The notes: generated by a model not told the origin, from the sequence alone. A stretch of DNA of 64,000 nt from Gammaproteobacteria bacterium (GCA_965222155.1 CBDCTH010000004.1:512001-576000); one strand, 5' to 3'; shown: positions 38,201 to 49,651, counted from the first letter of the stretch. Program-made: numbers and translations.

Positions 38201-41200
38201 GTGAGGGTGCTGACAGTCTGCTGGGTGGAGACGGTGATGACAGTCTGCTGGGTGGAGACGGTGATGACAGTCTGTCGGGTGGTCCGGGTGCGGACAGTCT
38301 GTCGGGCGGTCCGGGTGCGGACAGTCTGGCTGGTGATGCCGGGGCGGATGAGCTGCAAGGCGATGCAGGGGCTGACAAGCTCTATGGAGGTGAGGGTGCT
38401 GACAGTCTGCTGGGTGGTGAGGGTGCGGATACGCTGGCGGGCGAGGCGGGCGCGGACGTGATGGACGGGGGTGAGGGTATTGACATTCTGGACTACAGCG
38501 GGTCTTTGGCGGGTGTGGAGGTGGATTTTGTGGCCGGCACGGGAGCCGGGGGCGATGCTGAAGGGGATCGGATAGTGGCTATGGAGAATGTCTGGGGTTC
38601 GCGATTTGCCGACCGTGTGACGGGTAGTGGCGGGGATGATTCGTTCTCGGGCGATGCGGGCGCAGACGAGTTGGACGGTGGCGCCGGTGATGACCGGTTA
38701 TGGGGTAATGAGGGGGATGACCGGTTATGGGGCCGTGGCGGCAATGACAGTCTGGTGGGCGCTGCGGGCGCTGATGAGCTGGATGGAGGTGAGGGTGCTG
38801 ACAGTCTGCTGGGTGGAGACGGTGATGACAGTCTGCTGGGTGGAGACGGTGATGACAGTCTGTCGGGTGGTCCGGGTGCGGACAGTCTGTCGGGCGGTCC
38901 GGGTGCGGACAGTCTGGCTGGTGATGCCGGGGCGGATGAGCTGCAAGGCGATGCAGGGGCTGACAAGCTCTATGGAGGTGAGGGTGCTGACAGTCTGCTG
39001 GGTGGTGAGGGTGCGGATACGCTGGCGGGCGAGGCGGGCGCGGACGTGATGGACGGTGGTGAGGGTATTGACATTCTGGACTACAGCGGGTCTTTGGCGG
39101 GTGTGGAGGTGGATTTTGTGGCCGGCACGGGAGCCGGGGGCGATGCTGAAGGGGATCGGATAGTGGCTATGGAGAATGTCTGGGGTTCGCGATTTGCCGA
39201 CCGTGTGACGGGTAGTGGCGGGGATGATTCGTTCTCGGGCGATGCGGGCGCAGACGAGTTGGACGGTGGCGCCGGTGATGACCGGTTATGGGGTAATGAG
39301 GGGGATGACCGGTTATGGGGCCGTGGCGGCAATGACAGTCTGGTGGGCGCTGCGGGCGCTGATGAGCTGGATGGAGGTGAGGGTGCTGACAGTCTGCTGG
39401 GTGGAGACGGTGATGACAGTCTGCTGGGTGGAGACGGTGATGACAGTCTGTCGGGTGGTCCGGGTGCGGACAGTCTGTCGGGCGGTCCGGGTGCGGACAG
39501 TCTGGCTGGTGATGCTGGGGCGGATGAGCTGCAAGGCGATGCAGGGGCTGACAAGCTCTATGGAGGTGAGGGTGCTGACAGTCTGCTGGGTGGTGAGGGT
39601 GCGGATACGCTGGCGGGCGAGGCGGGCGCGGACGTGATGGACGGTGGTGAGGGTATTGACATTCTGGACTACAGCGGGTCTTTGGCGGGTGTGGAGGTGG
39701 ATTTTGTGGCCGGCACGGGAGCCGGGGGCGATGCTGAAGGGGATCGGATAGTGGCTATGGAGAATGTCTGGGGTTCGCGATTTGCCGACCGTGTGACGGG
39801 TAGTGGCGGGGATGATTCGTTCTCGGGCGATGCGGGCGCAGACGAGTTGGACGGTGGCGCCGGTGATGACCGGTTATGGGGTAATGAGGGGGATGACCGG
39901 TTATGGGGCCGTGGCGGCAATGACAGTCTGGTGGGCGCTGCGGGCGCTGATGAGCTGGATGGAGGTGAGGGTGCTGACAGTCTGCTGGGTGGAGACGGTG
40001 ATGACAGTCTGCTGGGTGGAGACGGTGATGACAGTCTGTCGGGTGGTCCGGGTGCGGACAGTCTGTCGGGCGGTCCGGGTGCGGACAGTCTGGCTGGTGA
40101 TGCTGGGGCGGATGAGCTGCAAGGCGATGCAGGGGCTGACAAGCTCTATGGAGGTGAGGGTGCTGACAGTCTGCTGGGTGGTGAGGGTGCGGATACGCTG
40201 GCGGGCGAGGCGGGCGCGGACGTGATGGACGGGGGTGAGGGTATTGACATTCTGGACTACAGCGGGTCTTTGGCGGGTGTGGAGGTGGATTTTGTGGCCG
40301 GCACGGGAGCCGGGGGCGATGCTGAAGGGGATCGGATAGTGGCTATGGAGAATGTCTGGGGTTCGCGATTTGCCGACCGTGTGACGGGTAGTGGCGGGGA
40401 TGATTCGTTCTCGGGCGATGCGGGCGCAGACGAGTTGGACGGTGGCGCCGGTGATGACCGGTTATGGGGTAATGAGGGGGATGACCGGTTATGGGGCCGT
40501 GGCGGCAATGACAGTCTGGTGGGCGCTGCGGGCGCTGATGAGCTGGATGGAGGTGAGGGTGCTGACAGTCTGCTGGGTGGAGACGGTGATGACAGTCTGC
40601 TGGGTGGAGACGGTGATGACAGTCTGTCGGGTGGTCCGGGTGCGGACGTGATTGACGGGGGTGAGGGTCTGGATACGCTGGATTACAGCCGCTCGCCGGT
40701 GGGTGTAAAGGTGGATTTTGTGGCCGGCACGGGGACCGGGGGTGAGGCCGAGGGGGACAGGGTTGTTAATATTGAGAATGTTTGGGGTTCGCGATTTGCA
40801 GACTCCTTTACAGGCAGTGAAAACGTTGTTTCGATATCAGGGCTTAATGGAAATGACGTTGTGGACGGAGGTGCGGGAAATGACAGGCTGTCGGGAGGTG
40901 ATGGCAACGACATTTTGCGAGGCCGCGGGGGTGACGACAGACTCCTGGGTGAAGCAGGCTCGGACGAATTGTTCGGTGGAAGCGGTGACGACGGACTGAG
41001 CGGCGATGACGGTGATGATGTAATCTCCGGTGACGAAGGCGTCGACAGGTTGTCCGGCGGCAATGGGAGTGACAGATTCACCTTTGTCAAAGGGGATAAC
41101 GGTACCGATACTATTACCGACTTCGTGAACACAGAGGATCGCATTGACCTGTCCGGTTTTGCCGGTTTGTCTTTCAATGACCTGATAATATCGGTTGAGT

Positions 41201-41307
41201 CCGAAGACAGCGTAATTGATCTGACCGGTCATGGTGGCGGCAGAATAGTCCTGCAGGATGTGGATGTCTCCGACCTGGACGCGCCGGATTTCCTGTTTGC
41301 CCGATAA
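35290..41307 (+). CDS. Large RTX/hemolysin-type Ca2+-binding repeat protein
   Basis: Numerous GGxGxDxL nonapeptides; C-terminal DTITDF...DRIDLS...DFLF type I secretion-like tail. Confidence 0.9.
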   Translation: MKPLISVTDLLILGLTLAVVIILLTNSGVEGGYDLYGGADADTLIGDSGDNLIWGGAGADAIDGRDGMDTLDYGGSDAGVRVNLAAGMFAGGHAGGDMITNVENIWGSAFDDIMTGDAGMNTFIGGPGADTLAGGGGDDNLRGGEGTDRLHGEAGDDTLAGGSGADIIDGGGDLDALDYRESDAGVRANLLDNIVAGGHAQGDHISGIENIWGSAFADLLTGDSGSNILDGDAGSDRLDGGEGADILRGGQDADEIWGGSGNDTLAGEAGADVMDGGEGIDILDYSGSLAGVEVDFVAGTGAGGDAEGDRIVAMENVWGSRFADRVTGSGGDDSFSGDAGADELDGGAGDDRLWGNEGDDRLWGRGGNDSLVGAAGADELYGGEGADSLLGGDGDDSLLGGDGDDSLSGGPGADSLSGGPGADSLAGDAGADELQGDAGADKLYGGEGADSLLGGEGADTLAGEAGADVMDGGEGIDILDYSGSLAGVEVDFVAGTGAGGDAEGDRIVAMENVWGSRFADRVTGSGGDDSFSGDAGADELDGGAGDDRLWGNEGDDRLWGRGGNDSLVGAAGADELYGGEGADSLLGGDGDDSLLGGDGDDSLSGGPGADSLSGGPGADSLAGDAGADELQGDAGADKLYGGEGADSLLGGEGADTLAGEAGADVMDGGEGIDILDYSGSLAGVEVDFVAGTGAGGDAEGDRIVAMENVWGSRFADRVTGSGGDDSFSGDAGADELDGGAGDDRLWGNEGDDRLWGRGGNDSLVGAAGADELDGGEGADSLLGGDGDDSLLGGDGDDSLSGGPGADSLSGGPGADSLAGDAGADELQGDAGADKLYGGEGADSLLGGEGADTLAGEAGADVMDGGEGIDILDYSGSLAGVEVDFVAGTGAGGDAEGDRIVAMENVWGSRFADRVTGSGGDDSFSGDAGADELDGGAGDDRLWGNEGDDRLWGRGGNDSLVGAAGADELDGGEGADSLLGGDGDDSLLGGDGDDSLSGGPGADSLSGGPGADSLAGDAGADELQGDAGADKLYGGEGADSLLGGEGADTLAGEAGADVMDGGEGIDILDYSGSLAGVEVDFVAGTGAGGDAEGDRIVAMENVWGSRFADRVTGSGGDDSFSGDAGADELDGGAGDDRLWGNEGDDRLWGRGGNDSLVGAAGADELDGGEGADSLLGGDGDDSLLGGDGDDSLSGGPGADSLSGGPGADSLAGDAGADELQGDAGADKLYGGEGADSLLGGEGADTLAGEAGADVMDGGEGIDILDYSGSLAGVEVDFVAGTGAGGDAEGDRIVAMENVWGSRFADRVTGSGGDDSFSGDAGADELDGGAGDDRLWGNEGDDRLWGRGGNDSLVGAAGADELDGGEGADSLLGGDGDDSLLGGDGDDSLSGGPGADSLSGGPGADSLAGDAGADELQGDAGADKLYGGEGADSLLGGEGADTLAGEAGADVMDGGEGIDILDYSGSLAGVEVDFVAGTGAGGDAEGDRIVAMENVWGSRFADRVTGSGGDDSFSGDAGADELDGGAGDDRLWGNEGDDRLWGRGGNDSLVGAAGADELDGGEGADSLLGGDGDDSLLGGDGDDSLSGGPGADSLSGGPGADSLAGDAGADELQGDAGADKLYGGEGADSLLGGEGADTLAGEAGADVMDGGEGIDILDYSGSLAGVEVDFVAGTGAGGDAEGDRIVAMENVWGSRFADRVTGSGGDDSFSGDAGADELDGGAGDDRLWGNEGDDRLWGRGGNDSLVGAAGADELDGGEGADSLLGGDGDDSLLGGDGDDSLSGGPGADVIDGGEGLDTLDYSRSPVGVKVDFVAGTGTGGEAEGDRVVNIENVWGSRFADSFTGSENVVSISGLNGNDVVDGGAGNDRLSGGDGNDILRGRGGDDRLLGEAGSDELFGGSGDDGLSGDDGDDVISGDEGVDRLSGGNGSDRFTFVKGDNGTDTITDFVNTEDRIDLSGFAGLSFNDLIISVESEDSVIDLTGHGGGRIVLQDVDVSDLDAPDFLFAR
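36088..40650 (+). repeat. 588-bp (196-aa) in-frame tandem repeat, 7 full copies plus one partial
   Basis: Unit starts at 36088, 36676, 37264, 37852, 38440, 39028, 39616, 40204; only a few substitutions between copies. Confidence 0.95.
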
Positions 41308-41336
41308 TTCAGTTCATTGTATACTATAACATTCAA

Positions 41337-41413
41337 AGGCGCGTAGCTCAGTTGGTTAGAGCACTACCTCGACACGGTAGGGGTCGTTGGTTCGAATCCA
41401 ATCGCGCCTACCA
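41337..41413 (+). tRNA. tRNA-Val(GAC)
   Basis: AGGCGCGTAGCTCAGTTGGTTAGAGC...CTACC-TCGACAC-GGTAG...GGTTCGAAT...CCTACCA. Confidence 0.93.
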
Positions 41414-41524
41414 GACGTTAAGCCCGCATCCTGTTATGAAGGATGCGGATTACAAAACGCGACATTGATTATCTCTAACCCGGATATTGCATCAGTCGAT
41501 GCGATAATCACGCCGGGTAAACAC

Positions 41525-41545
41525 GTGGCCTGTTGTGGGGGCCAC
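41525..41545 (+). promoter_or_regulatory. thrS translational operator (tRNA-Thr anticodon-arm mimic)
   Basis: Stem GTGGCC(T)/(G)GGCCAC with 7-nt loop GUUGUGG (UGU in anticodon position) just upstream of the AAGGAG RBS. Confidence 0.65.
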
Positions 41546-41564
41546 CACTGATGAAGGAGAAGAT

Positions 41565-43466
41565 ATGCCTGTTATTACCCTGCCTGACGGCAGTCAGCGC
41601 AGCTACGAGCAACCCTTATCCATACTGGATATTGCCGCAGATATCGGGCCTGGCCTGGCCCGGGCGACCCTGGCAGCCGAAGTTGACGGCAGGTTGACCG
41701 ATGCTTCCCACCTGATTGACGCTGATGCAGCCCTGCGCATTATTACCAGCCGGGATGAAGAAGGTCTGGAAGTATTGCGCCACTCCTGCGCGCACCTGAT
41801 GGCGCAGGCGGTGAAAGAATTGTTTCCGCAGGCACAGGTGACAATCGGTCCCGTTATTGAAGACGGTTTTTACTATGATTTTGCCTTTGAGCGGTCGTTT
41901 ACCCCGGAAGATCTTGCTGCAATAGAAGAAAAGATGACGGATCTGGCCCGCCAGGACCTCAGTGTCAGGCGCTCTGTCATGCCACGGGATGAAGCTGTTG
42001 CTTTCTTTCGTGGACTGGGAGAGGAATACAAGGCGCAGATCATCGAATCCATTCCTGCAGATGAGGAATTGTCACTGTACCGGCAGGGCGAGTTCATTGA
42101 CCTCTGCCGTGGTCCTCATGTGCCCAGTACCGGCAAACTCACGGCGTTCAAGCTGACCAAGCTGGCAGGGGCTTACTGGCGCGGCGATTCCAATAATGAA
42201 ATGTTACAACGAATCTACGGGACGGCCTGGCCTGACAGGAAGGCCTTAAAGCAATACCTGCATCGCCTGGAACAAGCGGAGAAACGCGACCACCGTAAAC
42301 TGGGGCGTAAACAGGACCTGTTCCATTTCCAGGAAGAAGCGCCGGGCCTGGTATTCTGGCATCCCAGGGGTTGGACGCTGTATGGCATCGTCAGGGATTA
42401 TATCCACGCTAAACTGGCTGGAAAGGGCTACCAGGAAATCAACACGCCGCAGGTGTTGGACCGCAGTTTATGGGAGAAATCCGGCCATTGGGACAAGTTT
42501 CACGCGGATATGTTTACCACCAGTTCGGAAAATCGCGATTACGCTATTAAACCCATGAACTGTCCCGGTCATATACAGGTGTTCAACCAGGGTTTGAAAA
42601 GCTACCGGGACTTGCCGCTACGCTTTTCGGAATTCGGTTCCTGCCATCGGAATGAAGCCTCGGGGACCTTGCATGGCCTGATGCGGGTCAGGGGGTTTAC
42701 CCAGGATGACGCTCATATCTTTTGTAGTGAAGCTCAAATCCAGTCGGAAGTCTCCGATTTTATCGACTTGTTATTCGAGGTTTACGCTGATTTCGGCTTC
42801 CACGAGGTGATTATGAAGTTATCCACCCGACCGGGAAACCGCGTAGGTGATGATGCGATCTGGGACAAGGCCGAGCAGGCCCTGGAGCAGGCGCTCAATG
42901 CCAAGGGGGTGGATTGGGGGTTGCAGCCGGGTGAAGGCGCGTTTTATGGCCCCAAAATCGACTTTTCCCTGAAAGACAGCATTGGCCGGGTGTGGCAATG
43001 CGGCACTATACAGGCGGATTTTTCCATGCCGGGTCGTTTGGGTGCACAGTATGTGGATGATAGCAGTGAAAAAAAGGTTCCTGTCATGCTGCATCGGGCA
43101 ATCCTGGGTTCATTGGAGCGCTTCATAGGAATTATCATTGAACATTACGCAGGTTCGTTCCCGCTATGGCTGGCGCCGGTACAGGTTGTCGTGGCTTCAA
43201 TTACGCAACATCAGGCAGATTATGCCCTGTCCGTGGCGCAAACCGTGAAAGATCAAGGTTTCCGGGTAAATACAGACTTGAGAAATGAAACAATCAACCT
43301 TAAAATCCGTGAACACGCGCTGCAACGCGTGCCTTACCAGTTGATTATCGGCGCCCGTGAGATGGAAAGTAATACGGTAGCCGTTCGTACTCGTGACGGA
43401 AAAGACTTAGGTGTGTTATCATTGGCCGATTTTATGGCTCGGTTGATTGAGAATGGAGCGAATTAA
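41565..43466 (+). CDS. thrS: Threonine--tRNA ligase
   Basis: [40 protein letters not shown]. Confidence 0.98.
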   Translation: MPVITLPDGSQRSYEQPLSILDIAADIGPGLARATLAAEVDGRLTDASHLIDADAALRIITSRDEEGLEVLRHSCAHLMAQAVKELFPQAQVTIGPVIEDGFYYDFAFERSFTPEDLAAIEEKMTDLARQDLSVRRSVMPRDEAVAFFRGLGEEYKAQIIESIPADEELSLYRQGEFIDLCRGPHVPSTGKLTAFKLTKLAGAYWRGDSNNEMLQRIYGTAWPDRKALKQYLHRLEQAEKRDHRKLGRKQDLFHFQEEAPGLVFWHPRGWTLYGIVRDYIHAKLAGKGYQEINTPQVLDRSLWEKSGHWDKFHADMFTTSSENRDYAIKPMNCPGHIQVFNQGLKSYRDLPLRFSEFGSCHRNEASGTLHGLMRVRGFTQDDAHIFCSEAQIQSEVSDFIDLLFEVYADFGFHEVIMKLSTRPGNRVGDDAIWDKAEQALEQALNAKGVDWGLQPGEGAFYGPKIDFSLKDSIGRVWQCGTIQADFSMPGRLGAQYVDDSSEKKVPVMLHRAILGSLERFIGIIIEHYAGSFPLWLAPVQVVVASITQHQADYALSVAQTVKDQGFRVNTDLRNETINLKIREHALQRVPYQLIIGAREMESNTVAVRTRDGKDLGVLSLADFMARLIENGAN

Positions 43467-43538
43467 GATTGCCGTCGCGGGCTGGCAGGTTCAAGTGCAT
43501 CGTGGTGGATACGTGTCTGAATAACAGGAGGAATAAGA

Positions 43539-44054
43539 ATCGTAATTAAAAAACAGAATCGTGTGAATGAAGGAATTACCGCTGCAGAGGTCAGGTTGAT
43601 TGGCGCGCAGGGTGGACAAGTCGGCGTCGTGAACCTGGATGAAGCTTTGAAACAGGCCGATGATGCTGAACTCGACCTGGTCGAGATCGTTCCCAATGCA
43701 GAACCTCCCGTCTGCAGGATCATGGACTTCGGTAAGTTCCTGTTTGAGCAAAACAAGAAAAAGCATGCCGCGAGGAAGAAACAAAAGCAGATTCAGGTTA
43801 AGGAAGTGAAGTTCAGGCCCGGTACCGATGACGGCGATTACCAGGTAAAACTGAGGAACATTTCCCGGTTTTTAGAGAACGGCGACAAGGTAAAAGTTAC
43901 CTTGCGCTTTCGTGGCCGTGAGATGGCTCACCAGGAGTTGGGCAGCAAAATGCTGGATCGGATAGAAGCTGATATGCAGGAGAGCGCGGAAGTGGAGCAG
44001 AAAGCTAAACTGGAAGGCCGTCAAATGATTATTATACTGGCCCCCAAACGCTGA
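43539..44054 (+). CDS. infC: Translation initiation factor IF-3, non-AUG start
   Basis: [25 protein letters not shown]; AGGAGG at 43526 lies 7 nt before in-frame ATC 43539 (ATT 43545 is an alternative). Confidence 0.93.
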   Translation: MVIKKQNRVNEGITAAEVRLIGAQGGQVGVVNLDEALKQADDAELDLVEIVPNAEPPVCRIMDFGKFLFEQNKKKHAARKKQKQIQVKEVKFRPGTDDGDYQVKLRNISRFLENGDKVKVTLRFRGREMAHQELGSKMLDRIEADMQESAEVEQKAKLEGRQMIIILAPKR

Positions 44055-44136
44055 GATATTTTCAGCCCTGCGTCCGCAGTTCGGGCCAGTTGTAGAGTAA
44101 ACAGAATAATTGAAGAGTTAGTGGAGTTGGATTGTA

Positions 44137-44334
44137 ATGCCGAAATTGAAAACAAATCGTGGCGCGGCGAAGCGCTTCAGCAAGACTGCGTCGGGCCGGT
44201 TTAAACATCGGCAGTCCCACCGTAGCCATATTCTGACCAAAAAAAGTGCTAAACGGATCAGAAAATTGCGTTCAATGCAGTTGATTGACAAGAGTGATGA
44301 GAAATCACTGGCACAGTTGCTGCCGTATAGTTGA
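44137..44334 (+). CDS. rpmI: 50S ribosomal protein L35
   Basis: [14 protein letters not shown]...HILTKK. Confidence 0.98.
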   Translation: MPKLKTNRGAAKRFSKTASGRFKHRQSHRSHILTKKSAKRIRKLRSMQLIDKSDEKSLAQLLPYS

Positions 44335-44346
44335 GGAATTTTAGTT

Positions 44347-44700
44347 ATGCCGAGAGTAAAGCGGGGCGTTACCGCACACGCCCGACACAAAAAGGTTATT
44401 GAACAGGCCAAGGGCTACCGGGGTCGTCGGAAAAATGTATACAGGGTGGCCAAACAGGCAGTTACAAAAGCCGGCCAATACGCTTACCGGGATCGGCGTC
44501 AGCGTAAACGGCAGTTCCGCGCGCTCTGGATCACCCGTATCAATGCGGCGGCAAGGGAGAATGGCTTGTCCTACAGCCGTTTTATGGACGGGTTGCACAA
44601 GGCAGATATTCAGGTTGATCGGAAACTGCTGGCAGATATGGCGGTAAATGATAAAAACGCGTTTGCTCAATTGGCGGAACAGGCCAGACAGAACAGCTGA
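44347..44700 (+). CDS. rplT: 50S ribosomal protein L20
   Basis: MPRVKRGV...[23 protein letters not shown]. Confidence 0.98.
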   Translation: MPRVKRGVTAHARHKKVIEQAKGYRGRRKNVYRVAKQAVTKAGQYAYRDRRQRKRQFRALWITRINAAARENGLSYSRFMDGLHKADIQVDRKLLADMAVNDKNAFAQLAEQARQNS

Positions 44701-44718
44701 ATTGGAAAAGGGCTTTGA

Positions 44719-45735
<1,017 letters not shown>

Positions 45736-45744
45736 TAAATATGA

Positions 45745-45914
45745 GCCACAGAGGACTCAGAGGTAGTGGAGACAGGTTTGCATGAGCTTTTCAAGACCCG
45801 CTGTAAATACGTCCCTGTACGCTTACCATCCGCTGTCCCTGCGGATGATAGTCTTAAAAAGCTCATGCAAACCTGTCGGAGATATTATGGTGCAAACTCT
45901 GTGTCCTCTGTGGC
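45745..45914. repeat. 9-bp-period hairpin cassette, copy 3, with nested long hairpin 45771-45877
   Basis: GCCACAGAGGACTCAGAG...CTCTGTGTCCTCTGTGGC; inner GACAGGTTTGCATGAGCTTTT...AAAAGCTCATGCAAACCTGTC. Confidence 0.85.
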
Positions 45915-45927
45915 TAAATAGTCAAAT

Positions 45928-48360
45928 ATGAAATTCAGTGAACTATGGCTGCGCGAATGGGTTGACCCGCCGGTTTCGACCGAGACCCTGGCGGATCAAC
46001 TCACCATGTTGGGTATGGAGGTGGAGGACGTGGCTGCTGCGGCGCCGAAACTGGACGGTGTGGTGGCGGGTCGGGTGGAGTCTGTTGAAAAACATCCTGA
46101 TGCGGCCAAACTTTCTGTTTGTACGGTAACAAAGGACGCAGCTTCACCGGTTCTCGTAGTGACAGGGGCGCCTGGGGTAAAACCGGGGCGATGTTACCCT
46201 TATGCAGGTGTCGGGGTTATATTGCCCGGCTCCGTGGAAATAAAGGAGACGGATATCCGGGGGGTCACATCCATCGGCATGCTCTGCTCTGCGGCTGAAC
46301 TGGGTCTGTCGGAGGAGGCCGATGAGTTGTTTCTGCTGGCGGATGATAGCATGCCCGGCGCTACGTTATCCGGGTTGATGCAGCTTGATGATAAGGTGTT
46401 TGACATCGGTCTGACGCCCAATCGCGGTGATTGCCTGAGTATTAACGGCATAGCCCGGGAAATTGCGGTCATTAATCAAAAGCCCTTTGAGTCCCCTGTC
46501 AACACCTCTCCGGTAGCTGCCGGCCATGACCATTCCCGCAGCATAAACCTGGTAGCGCCGGACGGCTGTCCACGCTACGCAGGTCGGATTATCAACAATA
46601 TCGATATTTCACGCCCCAGCCCGTTGTGGTTGAGGGAGAAGTTGCGCCGTTGCGGATTGCGCAGCCTGAACCCGGTCGTTGATATCACCAACTACGTGAT
46701 GTTGGAATTGGGGCAACCCATGCATGCCTTTGACAATGATAAGTTAACTGGCGCCATCTCAGTGCGCTATGCTGCTGCCGGAGAGGAAATTACCCTGCTG
46801 GATGGAGAATCCCGGGTAATGCCGGCAGATACCCTGGTGATTGCCGATACTGAACGAGCGCTGGCTATGGCCGGTGTGATGGGCGGTCTGGAGTCAGCGG
46901 TCAGTGACAGTACCCGGCATGTTTTCCTGGAAAGCGCTTTTTTTACTCCGCTTGTCGTAGCCGGCCGGGCTCGACAGTTCGGTATGCATACGGATGCATC
47001 CCATCGTTTTGAACGCGGGGTGGATTTTATGTTGCAACGCCGGGCGATGGAACGCGCCACACAGTTGATTATGGAGATTTGCGGAGGAGAACCGGGGCCG
47101 GTGGCTGAAGCGGTGGTGGAGCAGGCATTGCCGAAAAGGCCGAATATCGGCCTGCGTTCGACCGCAGCAAAAGATTTACTGGGTGAAGCCATAGACATGA
47201 AGCAATGCGCCGGGATTTTAACCCGTCTTGGCCTGGAGGAGATAGCGAGCGACGCTGATAGTCGTCATTTCAATATACCGTCCCACCGGTTCGATATTTC
47301 AATTGAGGCGGACTTGATTGAAGAGATAGCCCGCATCCATGGTTACCGGAACATAAAAAGCGCGCTGCTGCCGGCAAACCTGGCGATGCGCAAACCCGAT
47401 TTCCGGGAACGCCTTGATCTTATGCGCCGGGTGCTGGTCAACCGTGGCTACCAGGAAGCAGTCACTTATAGTTTCGTCAGCCATACTCTGCAAGCCATGT
47501 TGTTCCCCGAAGTTGAAAGTGTTGCCCTGCTCAATGCCATCTCCAGCGCTATGGAGCGAATGCGTCTCAGCCTGTGGCCGGGCTTGCTGACGGCATTGCA
47601 GCATAATCTTAATCGCCGGCAAGAGCGCGTGCGCCTGTTTGAAACCGGCAAGGTTTTCAAGTGTAATGGTGAAATTCAACAGCTGCCGGTTATCGGCGGA
47701 CTGAGTTGTGGAAAAGTGGCGCCGGAGCAATGGGGCAACCGCTACGAAAGTGGTGATTTCTACGATATTAAGTCCGATGTGGAAGCCGTTTTAACGGCCT
47801 GTTGCGGTCCGATTTCAGTGGAATATCGACCTGTTTCCGGCGCTGCACTGCATCAAGGCAAAGCGGCGGAGATCATTTATGATGGTCGACGAATTGGTCT
47901 GGCCGGAGCGCTCCACCCAGGGATACAGTCAGGTCTTGAGATCGAAGACGAGGTTTACCTGTTTGAGATCAGTTTAGAGATGATTCCCGAAAGGAAACAG
48001 GCGAAGTATTCGGAAATTTCCAAATTTCCCCAGGTGAGACGGGATATGTCCATTATTGTAGATAAGGAAACCCCGGCAGTAATCTTTTTAAATCATGTAA
48101 AAAACATGTCTTTGAATTTACCTGGCACTCATCTCTCTCCGGAAGAATTAGAGGCGTTGGGAGATTCGAATTTACTCAGAAACCTGGAGTTACTTGACGT
48201 TTACCAAGGGGAACCCGTCGCTCCCGGGAAAAAAAGTGTAACATTGGGCTTGACGTTTCAACGAATATCAGACACTCTTACAGATAATCAGGTAGATAAC
48301 ATGGTGACTCAGATACTGGATTCACTTTGTGAGGAATTTGATGTGCGGTTGAGAGAATAA
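45928..48360 (+). CDS. pheT: Phenylalanine--tRNA ligase beta subunit
   Basis: [50 protein letters not shown] tail. Confidence 0.98.
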   Translation: MKFSELWLREWVDPPVSTETLADQLTMLGMEVEDVAAAAPKLDGVVAGRVESVEKHPDAAKLSVCTVTKDAASPVLVVTGAPGVKPGRCYPYAGVGVILPGSVEIKETDIRGVTSIGMLCSAAELGLSEEADELFLLADDSMPGATLSGLMQLDDKVFDIGLTPNRGDCLSINGIAREIAVINQKPFESPVNTSPVAAGHDHSRSINLVAPDGCPRYAGRIINNIDISRPSPLWLREKLRRCGLRSLNPVVDITNYVMLELGQPMHAFDNDKLTGAISVRYAAAGEEITLLDGESRVMPADTLVIADTERALAMAGVMGGLESAVSDSTRHVFLESAFFTPLVVAGRARQFGMHTDASHRFERGVDFMLQRRAMERATQLIMEICGGEPGPVAEAVVEQALPKRPNIGLRSTAAKDLLGEAIDMKQCAGILTRLGLEEIASDADSRHFNIPSHRFDISIEADLIEEIARIHGYRNIKSALLPANLAMRKPDFRERLDLMRRVLVNRGYQEAVTYSFVSHTLQAMLFPEVESVALLNAISSAMERMRLSLWPGLLTALQHNLNRRQERVRLFETGKVFKCNGEIQQLPVIGGLSCGKVAPEQWGNRYESGDFYDIKSDVEAVLTACCGPISVEYRPVSGAALHQGKAAEIIYDGRRIGLAGALHPGIQSGLEIEDEVYLFEISLEMIPERKQAKYSEISKFPQVRRDMSIIVDKETPAVIFLNHVKNMSLNLPGTHLSPEELEALGDSNLLRNLELLDVYQGEPVAPGKKSVTLGLTFQRISDTLTDNQVDNMVTQILDSLCEEFDVRLRE

Positions 48361-48361
48361 G

Positions 48362-48667
48362 ATGGCATCACTGACAAAAGCAGATATGGCCGAGAGGCTT
48401 CATCAACAGGATGGCCTGAACAAGCGGGAAGCCAAAGAAATAGTGGAAATGTTCTTTGAGGAGGTACGTTCAGCACTGGAAGCAGGAAATCAGGTCAAAC
48501 TCTCAGGCTTTGGTAACTTTGAACTGCGGAATAAAAAACAGAGGCCGGGGCGCAACCCTAAAACCGGGGAAGAAATTCCCATCAGTGCTCGCCGGGTTGT
48601 AACGTTTCGCCCTGGACAAAAACTAAAAGCGCGTGTAGAGGCCTATGCTGGAACCGGCACTGAATAG
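48362..48667 (+). CDS. ihfA: Integration host factor alpha
   Basis: VKLSGFGNF...[22 protein letters not shown]. Confidence 0.97.
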   Translation: MASLTKADMAERLHQQDGLNKREAKEIVEMFFEEVRSALEAGNQVKLSGFGNFELRNKKQRPGRNPKTGEEIPISARRVVTFRPGQKLKARVEAYAGTGTE

Positions 48668-49001
48668 CGAATTACCCCAGATTCCGAGTAAACGATACTT
48701 TACCATTGGGGAAGTCAGCGAGTTATGTGCGGTTAAGTCCCATGTATTACGCTACTGGGAACAGGAATTTCCTCAACTGAAACCCCTGAAGCGGCGTGGC
48801 AACAGACGTTATTATCAGCGCCAGGACGTTATATTGATCAGGCAGATCAGAAGTCTGCTTTATGAGCACGGGTTTACTATCGGCGGCGCGCGGCAACGTC
48901 TTTCAGGCGATGAAGCCAAGGAAGATTCCAACCAGAGCCAGCAGATTATCCGCCAGTTGTGTGCTGAACTGGAAAAAGTCAGGGAGTTGTTACGGCGTTA
49001 A
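48645..49001 (+). CDS. MerR-family regulator conserved downstream of ihfA
   Basis: [23 protein letters not shown]...KRRGNRRYY. Confidence 0.93.
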   Translation: MLEPALNSELPQIPSKRYFTIGEVSELCAVKSHVLRYWEQEFPQLKPLKRRGNRRYYQRQDVILIRQIRSLLYEHGFTIGGARQRLSGDEAKEDSNQSQQIIRQLCAELEKVRELLRR

Positions 49002-49385
49002 CCCGGATTTCTCACCAGTTGGTGCGATGATCGCGCCGGATTTTTGCCGCCAGCGGGTGCCTGCGACCGAAAGCATAGCCGTAGCTATGGTTGAGGGAGC
49101 ATGTGCCCGCTGGCGGCAAAAAGACAAGCGAGGGCGCATCAAGCGCAGTCTGTGATGACGAAATACTGCAAGTATTATCATAACTTATTGATAGCAGAAA
49201 GTATCCGATGGAAACAAGCGAACTGGTGAGAAATCCGGGTTGATTCCAATCGCTGTATCGTTTCACGTCATGTCGGCAAACGTCGGCATTCTGTCACAGC
49301 TTATTCCTCGTCTGGCGTCTGCTTACGACATGAAGAGACGAACTCAGGACTATGGTAATCCGGGGGGAGTGTCTGAAAGATTTAA

Positions 49386-49560
49386 GGAAACTCTGAACAA
49401 GTCCATTCCCGTATCAAGTACGGGACAGGCTCTGGACTTGTCAGAGCACGGAAAACAAAAATGCGATTTTTGTTTTCCTGACAAATTCAATGACTTTTTG
49501 TCATTGAATTTGGCGATACATCCCTGTATCGCAGGAACCTCTGACTTAATCAGAGGTTCC
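49386..49560. mobile_element. MITE with IS5-like ends, TTAA on both sides
   Basis: IR GGAAACTCTGAACAAGTC / GACTTAATCAGAGGTTCC (15/18); TTAA at 49382-49385 and 49561-49564; no transposase. Confidence 0.7.
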
Positions 49561-49574
49561 TTAAATAATACGGC

Positions 49575-49651
<77 letters not shown>

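Noticed and set aside
36141-40651. Repeated 157-, 140- and 73-aa ORFs in other frames
   Set aside because: Shadows of the 588-bp RTX repeat with no RBS or independent signal
43539-43565. Apparently missing start codon of infC
   Set aside because: A non-AUG start is the known autoregulatory feature of infC
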